Source of the DNA: Lama glama
Lineage: Eukaryota
Length of the DNA: 64,000 nucleotides
Assembly: GCA_028534125.1 (NCBI GenBank)
Contig: CM052816.1
Span: 25,484,001-25,548,000, forward strand
Direction of reading: 5' to 3'
Shown here: piece after piece, positions 38,501 to 51,320 of the stretch
How positions within the stretch are numbered: position 1 is the first letter of the stretch
How the letters are laid out: each line of letters opens with the position of its first letter
Position numbers and translations under genes: made by a program
Notes under the pieces: generated by a model
What the model was told of the DNA's origin: nothing
Databases searched by the model: none
What the model saw: the letters and a program-made list of their open reading frames with translations, nothing else

Positions 38501-40824
38501 GCTATTACCTAGATTTGTGCCCAGGCATCACCATCATATAAAACAAGGTATGCCTGAACTTCAGAATGTAATCCCCTAAGTACACGCTTCCCTGAAAGAA
38601 AACTGGCCTTTCTAACCATCCTCGCAAGAGGCCTTCCCATTTCCAGACCTATGTGACAATTTTCAATCTTTCCAGAGGAAACTCAAATCTCTATTTCTAT
38701 CAAAAGGATGGGATAGACTTGTACAGTCCTGCATTCTCAAGCTCTGAGATTTCCTATGCTGAATCACACCAGATTTGATATCCTGTTCAAAAAGGACTCC
38801 ACCAAGCCAAGCCAGGACCCTTCCCACAGTCTCTCCTTTGAATGAGATAAAGAGCTCACATTCCCTGCTTGAGTGCCAAGGCTTCCCTCACATCTCCTGA
38901 AGATAACCAATCATTTTTAGGGTGAACTCTTTTTAAATACATATTTTAAAAGAAAATGATCTCAAAATCTAAAGGTATACCCACTTGACAATTAAAAAAA
39001 AATAACTTCAAGGTTTATCTCTACTTTCAGAGTGATGATGATTTCACAGATTTTGTTCAAGAATTGTGGGGGAATATATGCTGAATATTCACTGCAACAT
39101 ACCCTGTAGCTCCCTATCCCCATGTACATTTCCTTCTTCCCCTGGCAAATATCATCTTCTAACATACAACAAAATATGTTTATTTATTATAGCACTGTCT
39201 CTGTCCCGCATCTGGAATGTGATCTCCACCAGGACAGGGATCTTGCCTGTCTTGTTAAGTAAAGGATCCCAAAGACCTAGAACAATGCTTTATATATAAT
39301 AGTCACTGAATCTATATTTTTAAAATCAGTGAGTGAAAAATCACATTCTGATACTCTTGCTGAAATGAAAAAGAAAAAGCCTGTTATTAAAGGAAATTAA
39401 TATTTTCATCTTTAGAAGCAAAAAATCAGTAGCAAGTTTCAAATTATTTCTCTCCAACTTTAAAAGGCAAAACTTCAAGTATCCATTGTAATGACTTTCT
39501 TAGAAAATATTGTAGCTTTTTGACCAAGAACACATAATGAGGAAAGTAGTATTTGGGGGGAAGAAAGATTCTAAGTAAAAAGACAGGATTATCAGCACTC
39601 ACATGAGGATGAGATGGCCTTAGAGGCAGAAGCCATTCCTCACTGGCCCAGAATGATGCCAGAAATGGAATGCATGCTTCATAAATGTTTACTGACTAAA
39701 TTAGTGAGCAAATGAATGAATAAATGAATACACAAATGAATAGCATTCTAATAATGTAAAAAAGTCATGAGTGAGAATGTCTTGGAAATTCAGGAGAGTC
39801 AGTGCCTTACCCCAGAGAAGTAAACCTTTTCAAGGTGGCTTAGGATTGGAGGTCAGAAGAGGACTTTGGATAATGAAATCGTTTTAGGAAATTCAAATTA
39901 CCCTGGAGATATACTAATCATACTCCAAGCCTGCATCTTAATGATGCCTAACAGAAGAATGAAGTAAAACCGAACTCAGAATTTCCTTCACCCTCATCAA
40001 ATATACTGTCCATTTGAACATTGCCAACTTTTTCTTCTCCATCTCCCAAGTAAGCAGTCCTAAATTTGAGTGTGGAGTGTGTGTCAGTGAAAAAAACAAG
40101 TGTTAAATTCTGCCAGATGTACTCATTTACATTCTTCCAGGCAAAGGAGCCCATTTCTTTTGCTCGGTGACCATCACTGCCCTCCTTGCATTAGAGTGCT
40201 GAATGAAGGCTATTCTGACTGTGATTCAGAATTCCTGGCATTTACTATCCAGTTAATTGTTGCTTCCAATTAGTCTTTCCTGATAAGGAGACGCAGCATT
40301 TGCTCACTGATGTGATCTTGTGCTCCACACAAATTGCTATGCAGAAAGATTATAGCTTTGTGCTGCAGCAGCATTTTATTAAACTAAACCTGAAATTCAG
40401 ACGGGAGTTTTTAGCTCTGGTTTTCTTAGTATTGCTTCACCCTTAATTTTGTATCTTAACACAAAATCAGTGCCTACAGGGAGGGAGGGAGTCTTCCACG
40501 GTGTGCCCCTCTCTGGTTAATTTTCCTGATTCTTCCCTAACATCGTTGGTATTTCACAGGAATGCACATTTTATTAAATGGATAAAATGTGTCCTACATA
40601 CATATGTGTATGGATTCCACAACAATTTTCCAGCTCTTTCAAAACCCAGTTTCAAGGGCACTTAAGAGTGGGGGGGATCTTTGGTAAGGGAATATGAGGT
40701 TCATGATGTTTCCTAAAAATGGACACGGCAATCAGTTTCTTAACAAGCCCTCTAGGTAATTCTGATGCAAGGTCCAATTTAAAAACCAAAGATTCAAAGG
40801 TCTTGAGGAGAGACTGCCAAAGAC

Positions 40825-41002
40825 CAGTGGTTCCCAAACTTCAGTGCATCACAATCACTGGGAGGACTTGTTTTTAGATACTGAGCCCCATCTCCAAGTT
40901 TCTGATTCAGCAGGTCTAGGGTGCCAGACAAAAATATGCATCTTTAAGTTCCCAAGTTATGCTGATGCTGCTGGTCTGGGGACCATATTTTGAGAAACAC
41001 TG
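40825..41002. mobile_element. MER5A hAT-Charlie element (a second partial MER5A at ~40735-40790)
   Basis: CAGTGGTTCCCAAA...TTTGAGAAACACTG terminal inverted repeats, tctgattcagcaggtctagggtg, gctgatgctgctggtctggggaccatattttgag. Confidence 0.9.
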
Positions 41003-41699
41003 CAGAAAAATTAATCATTTACTTCTTTGCAGTCTCTTGTAGCATTATTCCAGTGATGTACTTTGGATATAAAACAAAATCTAACGGAATCCTCTCAAGA
41101 GTTCCATGGTCTCAGAAATTTAAAATTTACAGAACTAAATGGAAAAATGCTGAGGGTTCTAAGATGTGAAGGGAGACTTGCTTTTGATGCTCCTCACTTT
41201 GAAAGAAATCTTGGGTATTAAGTCATCTAGAAATGCATTATAAATGTGTACAGGACAGGACATAGACCTCTACTTCAATTCTACTTCAATTTTTTTTTAC
41301 CAGACAGTTTGTATTAGAGACCTTTCTGTCCCCTAAAAAGAACAGCTGTAGCAGTAAAAGACTAGAAAGAATAAAATATCAGAGATTGAGAAGAAGATGA
41401 CCCTGGTGGCCATTTTGTCACTGACTTGCCTGGTGGGCAGATTTTTAACCTCCCTAGAAATCAATTTCTCCTCTGTTTAAAATTCATTTAACAAATTATC
41501 AATTCATCTGTGTGCAGAACACCAAACATCATACTGTTGAAGAGACAGAGATACATTATCCATCTCTCCTGAAGAAAGACATGCATATAAATTGCTGCAG
41601 TGTGTGGTAGAAAGTGAGAGTGCTACTGAGAAGAGCCCCAGAAAGAGTATGAAATGATGGATCCCATCACTACATCTTAATGCTGCTTCCATTTTCTGG

Positions 41700-42460
41700 G
41701 CCCTCGGCTTGATCACTTAGGGTCATCTTCTCCTTCCTCCCCTATTTCCACAAACTCCCCAAAGTCCCGTTGATTTTCCCTTTGAAATTCCTCTCAGCAT
41801 CGTTTCTTCTTCTCCTCATAGCTTCATGTGTTTTTCAGACCTTGTCTGTCACTCTGCTCTACGATTTCTGCCGTAGCCTCACACAACTCTGGGAGCCTGC
41901 CGTCTTCTGTCTCTCTGAGACATCCTATAGCCTGTTACCAGATCCATCTTTCAAAACAGGAGCTTTTATCCTCCTGTTGCAACTCTGTCTTTCTTTAGCA
42001 GTTTCTGCCTAAACAGCTCCACCTGGCATTCAGGCACCCTCCTGAAGTGCCTCCTTCTCCTGTCCACACATCCTGCACTCCTCTCCTGCTTCACCAATAC
42101 ACTCTACGCAGCAAAGCTATGAGCCTTTAACAACATTCCACAAGCCCTTCAGAAGATGCCCAGTTCTTTTCCCGCATCCATATTTGGTCCATTGTTCAAG
42201 ACCACCACCCTCCCCCACCAAGGGTTTTCTTCTGCTCTGAATTTCTGACACCTGTATCAACAAGTTCATCAGAGTCCTTGTGTCTCCTTGTCTTTAGACT
42301 CTCTCCTTTGAGGGGAGGGTTTAGGTCTTGTGAATTTCTTCCTTCCTGCTGAGCCCATTGCCCTACTCCCGGTCACACACACTCTGTTGCTCATACATAC
42401 AGGGCAGCACAGGGCACAGAGCAGAAACTCCGGGAGCGTGTGGTGGATGAGTGAAGTAAG
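41700..42460 (+). mobile_element. L2 LINE fragment
   Basis: ccagatccatctttcaaaac, cacctggcattcaggc, gcacagggcacagagcagaaactc...ggatgagtgaa terminus; very diverged. Confidence 0.5.
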
Positions 42461-42559
42461 GCAGTGGACATCTGTTGCTTTCTTTCTGCCGGGCTGGTAC
42501 GCACTCACCATCCTGATTCCTATGCTCTCTTTTCCTTATGGTTCTCTGCTGTGGCTCAG

Positions 42560-42968
42560 GCCTGGCTAGCTGAAATTTTGGATGCCCCAGTAAGTCATGA
42601 TCCCTTACAGATGATTAAGTCTCTCAAATCAGGCCAAGCAGAACCAGAGAGACTCAACTGGAAGCCTTTGTCATAAGTGCAGGATTAAAGAAATGCTCTA
42701 TCTGCTGTTCTTGGAGATAACTGGATACTCACTTGGAAAGGCTGGCAGACATACGGGCAGAGATAGCCTGCCTCCGAAGCATGTCAACCCAGAGAAAGGA
42801 AGAATGCAGAGATGGGAAAAGACAGAGTCCTGATATCACTGACACCTGAATTAAACTCCGCCTGAGCCAGTGCCCTCGACCTTTCAAAAGCCAATAAAAT
42901 CCTCATCTTCCTTCAGCTAGTGTGATTTGTTTTCTAGCACTTGCTGTCAAGAGAGACCTACTAATTCC
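42560..42968 (+). mobile_element. Old MaLR MLT1 LTR
   Basis: gacagagtcctgat, agccaataaaatcctc, gctagtgtgatttgttttctagcacttgc...agagagacctactaattc. Confidence 0.6.
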
Positions 42969-44067
42969 AATAAAAATAATAAAAGCTGACACAAATTTAG
43001 AACTTAAGGCACACTTTGCTAAGTACTTAAAGTAAAAACTGCATTTAATCTTTTGATAAAAGACCATTTCTAAATAATCGTAGTGAGTCAATAATAGTGG
43101 ATGATTTTCTTCTCCTTGGAATAGGATATTGATGGCAAACTTTATATACCAGGCAGTATTACTGATCTCTCGTTATAGATTTTTTTAATCGTCAAATATG
43201 GGCAAGTATTGGAAAAAAATGTCGTAAATTCCATCTGTAGCTACTGAGGAATACGTGTATCACAGTACTTGCATCTGCCAATCACAACATTTTTCCTCCA
43301 TGTAATAAAACCAATTATTTCATAGAAGAGCTGTATGCATATGCCTTATGGAATATGTGAATATCTATAGCTCATTTTTTCTGAATATAACTGATTCATT
43401 AAGCACATGAAGGTTAACACATATATTTTTTAAATATCTTTGGAAATATTTTACGAAAAGTCCAATTACAAAAGTCGTCATAAAATTTCGTTTTCAGAAT
43501 ATGGTGGAAGGAAACTAAAGTTTTGGATGTGAGTATGATTTAGGGTCTTCTGATGTAAAACCTGGAGACAAGCACTCTTATAAGAGATGGACAACTGGAG
43601 CGAGTATATACACAAAGACACAAACTGACAAGATTTACAAGGGGTGTTTTGGTTGACAAGGAGGCTTGAATTCTCTCTGCATTTATTTCTATAATTACTT
43701 TTACACATGAGTTCTATTTGCAGTCTTGTAAAATGCCATTACTTTTTACATGTGGACATGTAGCATGAGTGGGGAGTCACATTGAAAACGGGAACAAATA
43801 ACAGCTTTCACTTGGATTTCAAGTTCATACGATAGAGTATTTTTGCAGGAAAGAAAAGAAGAGGACCTGGTGAAATGTCTTTAACCCATGCTCAGTCAGC
43901 TGACAGTTATGAGTTTAAACTTTATTCAACAAAATGGCTTGCTAACTGAAAAAAACCCTGTTTGTCTTATTAAAACCATTTGCTTTGCCTACTTAACGTT
44001 GGTTGTCACAGATACCATTAACTTTCAAACTCGGGGTTAGTTCCTTATTCAAGAAAAAATGTATCTC

Positions 44068-44286
44068 AACCTACAAGGACTTACTGTATAGCACAGGGAA
44101 CTATACCCAATATCTTATAATAACCTATAATGAAAAAGAATCTGAAAAAGAATATATATAATATGTATGTATGTGTGTGTATGTATATGTGTATATATAT
44201 ATATATAAAACTGACTCACTTTACCATACACCTGAAACTAATACAGCATTGTAAATCAGCTATACTTACATTAACAAATTTTTTTT
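44068..44286 (+). mobile_element. Short L1 3' end insertion (laurasiatherian/cetartiodactyl type)
   Basis: acaaggacttactgtatagcacagggaactatacccaatatc...tacacctgaaactaatacagcattgtaaatcagctatact; TSD AAT(G/T)TATCTC at 44058-44067 and 44287-44296; internal TA/TG low-complexity tract. Confidence 0.85.
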
Positions 44287-47200
44287 AATTTATCTCCTTT
44301 GTTAAGACACATTTTCCAATTTTTGAGGAAGCCTAAACCTTTTGGTAACCCCAGATCAATGGTGAAAGACGCCCTCCTCTATCACAGGCAGATGCTCATC
44401 CCAAGACTTACAAAAATAAAGGAGGGAAGAAAAGCAGAGGGAGGAAGGTGGGAGTTAAAGGACAGAGAGCATCTTGCTGTGGGAACACAGGGAAAGTATC
44501 TGTGCCTCATACACATTCTTTCCGCGGACTATCAATGCACTTCCATGCCCTCGCCATGTGTATTTCTCCAGTTATCATTGGTGTCCAGGTAGAGGCAACA
44601 CTTCTATTCAGAACAATCATAAAGAACTCTGAAAGAGCAGGCTACCATGTAGTTAATATGAACAAGCCTGAGGCCAAACATAAATTTAAATTTCTCCACC
44701 TTTAGGAAAGAAAAGGAATCTTATGATCTAAAGTTCTATTAGGGAAGTCTGAAAAACATGTGAGCCCCAAATGTTTTCACAGATATCTTTACTGTAACTA
44801 GGCTGGAAAGAGACAATGGAATCTTGTTGGAATCGAGATCAGGCACTGGCTGTGAAATGTAATTTTAGAGCAAGCCACAAAGAAAAATAGGGACCTGTTT
44901 GCAGTTAGGATCAGTGACTCTAAAATTTCTCAAAGACTCAAAATGCAAAATGACATTAACTTGTATGCAGTTCTGGACATGGTGGACCACTTAGCAGGGG
45001 TGAAGCAGCAGAATTTGGATATGCTAGCTGATCATGTAGAGGGATCCAAAAGGGCGGTTGTCATTTTGTCAGTCAGGAAAATAGTGGCAGAGGAAAACCA
45101 CAGTCATCAATCAGAGAAGAGCTGCTAAGAGAAGCAGCACATGGGAGCCAGGGTCTGCATCTGCCCTGAAGAGGGTCTGTCTCTGGAACATTAATGCAGA
45201 ACCAGGGAAGTGTTTGAGCCAAGAGAATGCACCATGGGGGATATCTTGTTGAATGGTCCCCTAGCTGAAAAGTCAGATGCTTTTCCTGGTACTGATCGTA
45301 AGAATGGCAGCAAAGCAGTTGTGCTTAAACTTGACTTAAGAGAAAAAAATGTCTTCATCTCTGAGCGCAGATAGAATTTACAAATATTTATTTGTATTGC
45401 ATCATCTCTCTTGAATTGTCATTGTGCTGGAATAGAATAAATAATAGAATTCTGGGAGTAATCAGCCCATGAAATGTGCACAGAGTTTATAGCAACAGCA
45501 AATATGCAAAGTCTGGCTAAGCCAATGATAAAGATTTTCATTTATTTTTCAAGTCAAAATTTTAAATCTCAAGGGATCTAATAGCAGCGATAGAAGTTGC
45601 TAAACAGATTCATTTAATTTTTATGTATGTTTTGCACTGTTAGAAACTCCAAGGACTATAAGGAAATCAAAGAGCTTGATTTTTCCAGGGATACAAGATA
45701 CACATAAAAAGTTAACAGTGCAGCAACCATTCAGAAGCCACAATTTGAGTGATGTCACAAAGCTGAAACTGGTACCAATTGGCAATAAATCACTACCTCA
45801 GAGCTCCTGTCACTTTGCCGTCACCATACTATTCTGGTGGACCCCACCAGTATAGTCCCACCAGTGTCGTATGGATCTCCACCTACTTGGACATAAGATT
45901 TTTCACAAGTGGTGAAACTTCACTGACTTTCAAGGTTTGCACCTCAAAAATGGGCATTGGACATCAGATTCCCCCCGTCCTCAAATCTCTGTGAATCTTT
46001 GATGATTTCTAGGATCCTATATGAACACTTCAGTGTACAATCAACCTTTCTTCTTCTCCAAATAGGAAGTCAACCAAAGCTGAAATATTGAAGATCAAAG
46101 GGGAAATCAGAGTAGTAGAAGGAGGAGGTGAAGGAGCAAAATGAAAATGCCTTTAACGTAATATATATCTACGTCAGGTCAACCAGTGTCCCTGTTTTCA
46201 CAAGTGAAAATTATAATGTATGGAACCCATAAAGTCTACCTCTAGCCTTTTAACCTCAGAATCTCTGTAGTTGATTAATTAAGGCTTAAACTGGAAGGGA
46301 GAATGAAGATAAATAATTCCTGATTAAATAAAACAAAATATATGAATTGTTTTCAATATAAAAGGATACTATGTGAAAAAATGAAAATTCTGTTGTTTAT
46401 TTAATTCTGCTGTGCCACACAGATTTCAAAACTGTAGGAATGATTATTGCCAATGGCAATTTACATGTATCTCAAACAATACTGTCAGTTGGGCGTAAAA
46501 ACTGAGACTCTTATTCAATAGTTGTGATTCTGTTAAGCTAGGTTTTGCTTTTTATCTCAGGACTGATTTTCTGGCATTTAAAATTTAGCTAGTACTTTCA
46601 AATCATCATATTGACTCCGTCAGAGTTAATACCTCTCTTTCCTACATTATTTTCTTCCTTTTTTTCCCTGTCACTTTGGCTAATGGATTTGATGAAGTTG
46701 AAGTGTCTATTTTCTTTTCTCCCACTTGGACTTAAAATAATAGTAAAAATATCACATGTGTGGTGTTGGGAGAAGATGTTCGCATGCATTTATATTGCAC
46801 CATCTCTTTTGAATTGTCCTTGTGCTAGACTAGAGTAAATGGTAAAACCTTGGACATAACCAGCCCTCGAAATGTTCACAAAGAGTTTTCATCAGTAGCA
46901 TATAAAAAAGCAAACTAAAATACAAAAAGTTAGGGGAACTTAGCAAAGTGACTCAGTCAAGCTTGTTTCTAGGCCATTGCTCTAAATATAGGAAGTGCTA
47001 ATTTTGGACTGACATAGACACAGCATACTACAGGGATTTAATACCATACTTGAACTTCTAAACACCAACTATTTGCCAAATAATTTACGAAAGAGGCACA
47101 TGACTTTAAGACATAGCTCTCTCTTTTCATGTCAATCATTCACTTCTTAGCATAATTTCTCTTTTACTATGGAGCATTTTCAGCTGTAACACTTCCATTG

Positions 47201-47350
47201 ATGATGCTGATCACTATATGTATTTAGTATCTCTGGAATACAGTGATGTGATATTAAAGAATTTAAATATGCACATAACCAATTGAGCACAGCTTTCACT
47301 TCAAAGACAAGAAAGAGAAAGGAACGGAGAGGTGGGAGGGAGGGAGGTTA

Positions 47351-47396
47351 GTTCGTTCATTCGTTCGTTCGTTCGTTCGTTGGTTCATTCGTTCAT
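47351..47396. repeat. Imperfect (GTTC)n microsatellite
   Basis: gttc gttc attc gttc gttc gttc gttc gttg gttc attc gttc read directly. Confidence 0.9.
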
Positions 47397-47783
47397 AGCC
47401 AGGTAAAAAAAATTGAAATATCTTAGCTTCTTCACTTTAACATTGCTAACAGACTCTTTTTTTAAGTCGTTGGATTACATTAGAACATTTCACAAAGACT
47501 GCTGATTCTTTCTTCTTTCACTTCTTTTGTGGCTTTATATAATACCTATAAGCATCTCTGGAGTAATTTTAAGTAGCATGTGTGAAGTATGTCATTGAGA
47601 ATTTATGGGGAATATTTATTGGAGTCATTGAATTGTCTCATGAAGCTTTTGACAACTGTAATCTCACAAATGATCTATAAGATTTGGAGTGGACAGGAAT
47701 CTCAGTTGCTAGAATTCTGAATGGCACAGTAAAACTGAAATATTCAGAATTACCAGAGTTAGATATATGTTCGGCTGTAGAGA

Positions 47784-48268
47784 TGTGATGGTTAATTTTG
47801 TGTCAAACTGACAGGGCCACAGGATGCCCAGACATCCAGTTAAACATTATTTTAGGTTGTTTCTGGATATGAATTTGGGATTAAACTGGGTAAAGCATGT
47901 GGCCCTCTCTCATGAGGGCGGGCATCATTTAACCTACTAGGAGCCTAAAGAGAACAAAAAGGCAGAGGAAGGTTGAATTCACTCAGCCTGCCTGCTTGAC
48001 CAGGAACCTTTGTCTCTCCAGCCCTCCCTGATCCTGGTTCTCAGGCATTCAGACTGGGACTGGAACATACACTATCAGCCCCTCTAGCTCTCAGCCCACT
48101 GAACTACACCACCAGCTTCCCTGGTCTCCAGCTTGGAGAGGGCAGAATGTGGGACTTCTCAGTCTCTATAATCATGTGAGCCAATTCCTTAGCATAAACA
48201 AACAAACAAACAAAATACACACATATCCTCTATTGGTTCTGTTTCTCTGGAGAACTTTAACTAATACA
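47784..48268 (+). mobile_element. ERVL MLT2 (MLT2D-like) solo LTR
   Basis: Starts TGTGATGGTTAATTTTGTGTCAA; ends TTGGTTCTGTTTCTCTGGAGAACTTTAACTAATACA; possible decayed TSD AGAGA/AGGGA. Confidence 0.9.
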
Positions 48269-48564
48269 AGGGAAAAAGGGTATCTAGATAATTCAAAACT
48301 GCATAATGGAGCTCCCTAATTTGCCAAGAAGGTGAAACAGTTATGTCTCATACGCTAGAAGGATATTCTCCTTCCAAATAACCAGGGGCCACCCTACTGT
48401 GCATGTAGTTTGTACAGTCAGTCAGCTCGCTGCTGAGAATCTCCCGGGCATTATGCTGGCTGCCAGTGATAACAAGGAAAAAGGCACAGTGGCTGCCCTT
48501 AAGGAACCTAACGTCAGAGTCCTGAGATGACCCACTCTCTGCTTTAATTGAAGGTGAGAGAGGA

Positions 48565-49340
48565 AGTAGTCATTCATTCCTCATTCAGGAAGGATTCATT
48601 AGGTGCTTAACATAGTAAAGGCTCTGTGCTTTGTGCTGCAATGAGTGCAGTGAACTAGGCAGACTTGGCTTTTGCTCTCCTAGAGTTGACACTCAGTTTA
48701 AATAGACAAGCAAGTATTTCATCACCATTTCTATATGTGTTAAAAGGAGGAGGAGGAAGGTGCTGAGGGAGGAAGTGTGGAAAGACAGCTCCTCGGCTGG
48801 GGGGGAGGGGATACTGAGCTATCTAAATGATAAGTTCAAGGTGACTCGGGAAAGAGGAGAAGAGTTTGGGAGAGAACGTTCCAGCCAGAATGAAAAGTAG
48901 GCCTCACAGGCCCTGTTAAGGATTTCTCTCTCGATTCTAAGTCTCAGAGGATTTCAAGCAGGAAACTGATGGGATCAGATTTTTATCACTAAAAAATTCT
49001 TCTGCTTTCTCTGTGGAAAATGGATTCATGTTCAGAAGTACAAAGCTATTTTAGAAGCCCAGGTATTAGTGCTATAATGGAGGAGATGGCAAAAAATGGA
49101 CAGATTGAAGAGGTATTTAGGAGGGAGAATGGGCAGCAGTAAGTAAATGATTGAACACAGGGTAAGGGAACGTCTGGTACCAAGGATGACTTCCAGGCTT
49201 CTGGCATGTGCAGCAGAATAGTTGGTGGAGCCCATCACTAAAATGGAGAGAAATGGAAGAGAATTGAGACTGGGGCAAGGTGTGCTGTGGCATGTCAGAG
49301 AGAGGGCAATATTGAGGATGAATCCAAAGTGTTAATCTGG
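48565..49340 (-). mobile_element. L2 LINE 3' fragment
   Basis: tcattcattc terminus, ctgtgctttgtgctg, gttaaggattt, atgggatcagattt, caaggatgacttccaggcttctggc. Confidence 0.75.
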
Positions 49341-49629
49341 GCCACTGTTGCATTTAGCAGAAGACTCCACGGATGTGTGTTAATGTCTTTCGGGGAGAAT
49401 GAATTTTCTTACTGTAAAGCATCATAACATTATTTCAGAATTAATCTGCATGCATTACGCTATCATATATCGACAATTTAAGACAAATATAACCTAATTA
49501 GAAGCATGGCAGTGTTTGTCACTCAATTATAGTATAACATTGTTTATTTACTCTCCCTTCCCACCTCTCCCTGTTTTGCTTCCCCACAATTTGTGTCCTC
49601 ACTTTATCTGGATGATGATATGGGAAGAG

Positions 49630-49875
49630 ATGGTCAGTGAGATCAGACTCCATGGTTCAAATCTCCCTGCTACCATTCTCTAGTCGTATGATTGTGACAA
49701 GTTGGCCAACCCCTCTGTATATATGATATGATATGATATGATATGTATTATTTCTATTATCACCTATAATAATGCCTATTGCAGTTTTGTGACATTTTAG
49801 TAAGAAAATCTATCTAAAAGATCTAGTAAAACACTCCATCTATGTTAGATGCCCAAAAATAGTAATAATAATAAT
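49630..49875 (+). mobile_element. MIR SINE fragment with internal (ATATG)n
   Basis: tcagactccatggttcaaatc...gacaagtt...accctctgt; atatg repeated about five times at ~49721-49745. Confidence 0.55.
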
Positions 49876-51274
49876 TGGCTGCTGCCCTATAGTATCAGAG
49901 TGTCCTTGCCCGTGTTCTGCTGCCTCTCATCTGGCAAACCAAGATGGGAGATGTAGCTCTCCTGCCCCACCCTTTGGGGAGAATAGCAGAAGCGTGCCAT
50001 TCTAATCTGAGCCTCATATGCGTGTCTCGTTTACCGAGGCCTCCCCAGCGCCCTCTCCCACTGCTTGGCCTGTCCCCTTTCCGAAGAACTTGACCTCTCT
50101 GCTCTCAGACAACTGCTGAGAGTGAGAGGTTCGTTCTAATATTTCTTCTGTTTCCACTCACTCTCTTTAAAAACAAAGGGAGAGCAGCTCTTTCTGTAAA
50201 CAGGTAGGAGGGGTATATCACAAATAGGAGGGCACTTCAAAGTTTCCTCAGCCTCCATCTCCGTGGGCTGGAGGGTAAGCCCTTGACGGCACTCCTTTCT
50301 CTCTCAGGAGAGTGCAGATCCAGAAGTGGTGTCCCGGCCTTGGGTGGCCTGAAGTGGTTCTGACTGAGACATTCGAGCAGTTGTTGATGTGGACCCAGCA
50401 TTCAATTCAGCTGCCAATTTTAGAATCAGATGGCTTACATTACTACAAAATTTTCCCAGAACATGTTTTCCAAAATAAATGTCATCAAATCCACACTCCC
50501 ACCAACTGATTAGAGACTTGAACTCAGAAAATATGGCAAAAACGTTAGAGCATCGAAAGGAAGAAAAACACATGCTCACTTCATATGGTAAAAATGACTC
50601 TTTCCTTCCACTCCAGAAAGCACATACACTTGGTGAATCAGCAAAGTGAATTCTGCTTCCCCCGAATGTAGGGGAATCATACAACGTATCTACTTATTTC
50701 CAGCTCAAGTTGCACTAGGTGTTACTGAATTTACATTTCCATGACTTCACTGTACATTTTTAAATTAACAGTGACGATCTCTTTATTTTGTATGAATAAT
50801 TTAAAAATTAATTGTACAGTCGCAAAGAAAACAGTTTTGGCAAATCGGGGCAACAGTATACCTGATGGAAGTTACTCTAAGAGTCTTGAAAATAATGTAA
50901 GTATTGTCTCCTGGAGCTAAGGGTCCTACCTATCTTCAGAGTGGTTATGTCTGTAGTTTTGAGAGTCAGTGAGCCACGAAGTGATCATTTAAGGGCTTGT
51001 GTCACAGCAATGGCCACATGAGTTTGTTACTGTGATGACATTTCTTTGAAAGTCATCTCAATTTGTACCTTGTACTTTTAGAAGAGGGGAAAAAAAAGAA
51101 AAACCTTTCTACCTTATTTCTACCCATTACCTCCATCTGGGATACAAGCAGTATCTGATCAAACATATGGCACATAAACTGTAATTTAATTAAATGTGAA
51201 CAAAGCCTTTTCATGTACCATATTTAAATTTTGAAATGTAGCCCAGTTTTCCTTCTATTTAAAGTACATGAAAC

Positions 51275-51276
<2 letters not shown>

Positions 51277-51318
<42 letters not shown>
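51277..51318. repeat. (CA)21 microsatellite
   Basis: Perfect CA run read directly. Confidence 0.98.

Positions 51319-51320
<2 letters not shown>

Noticed and set aside
50304..50684. 126-aa minus-strand ORF (and overlapping plus-strand 65-aa ORF)
   Set aside because: Non-ATG start, no recognisable domain and no convincing flanking splice sites; length is compatible with chance.
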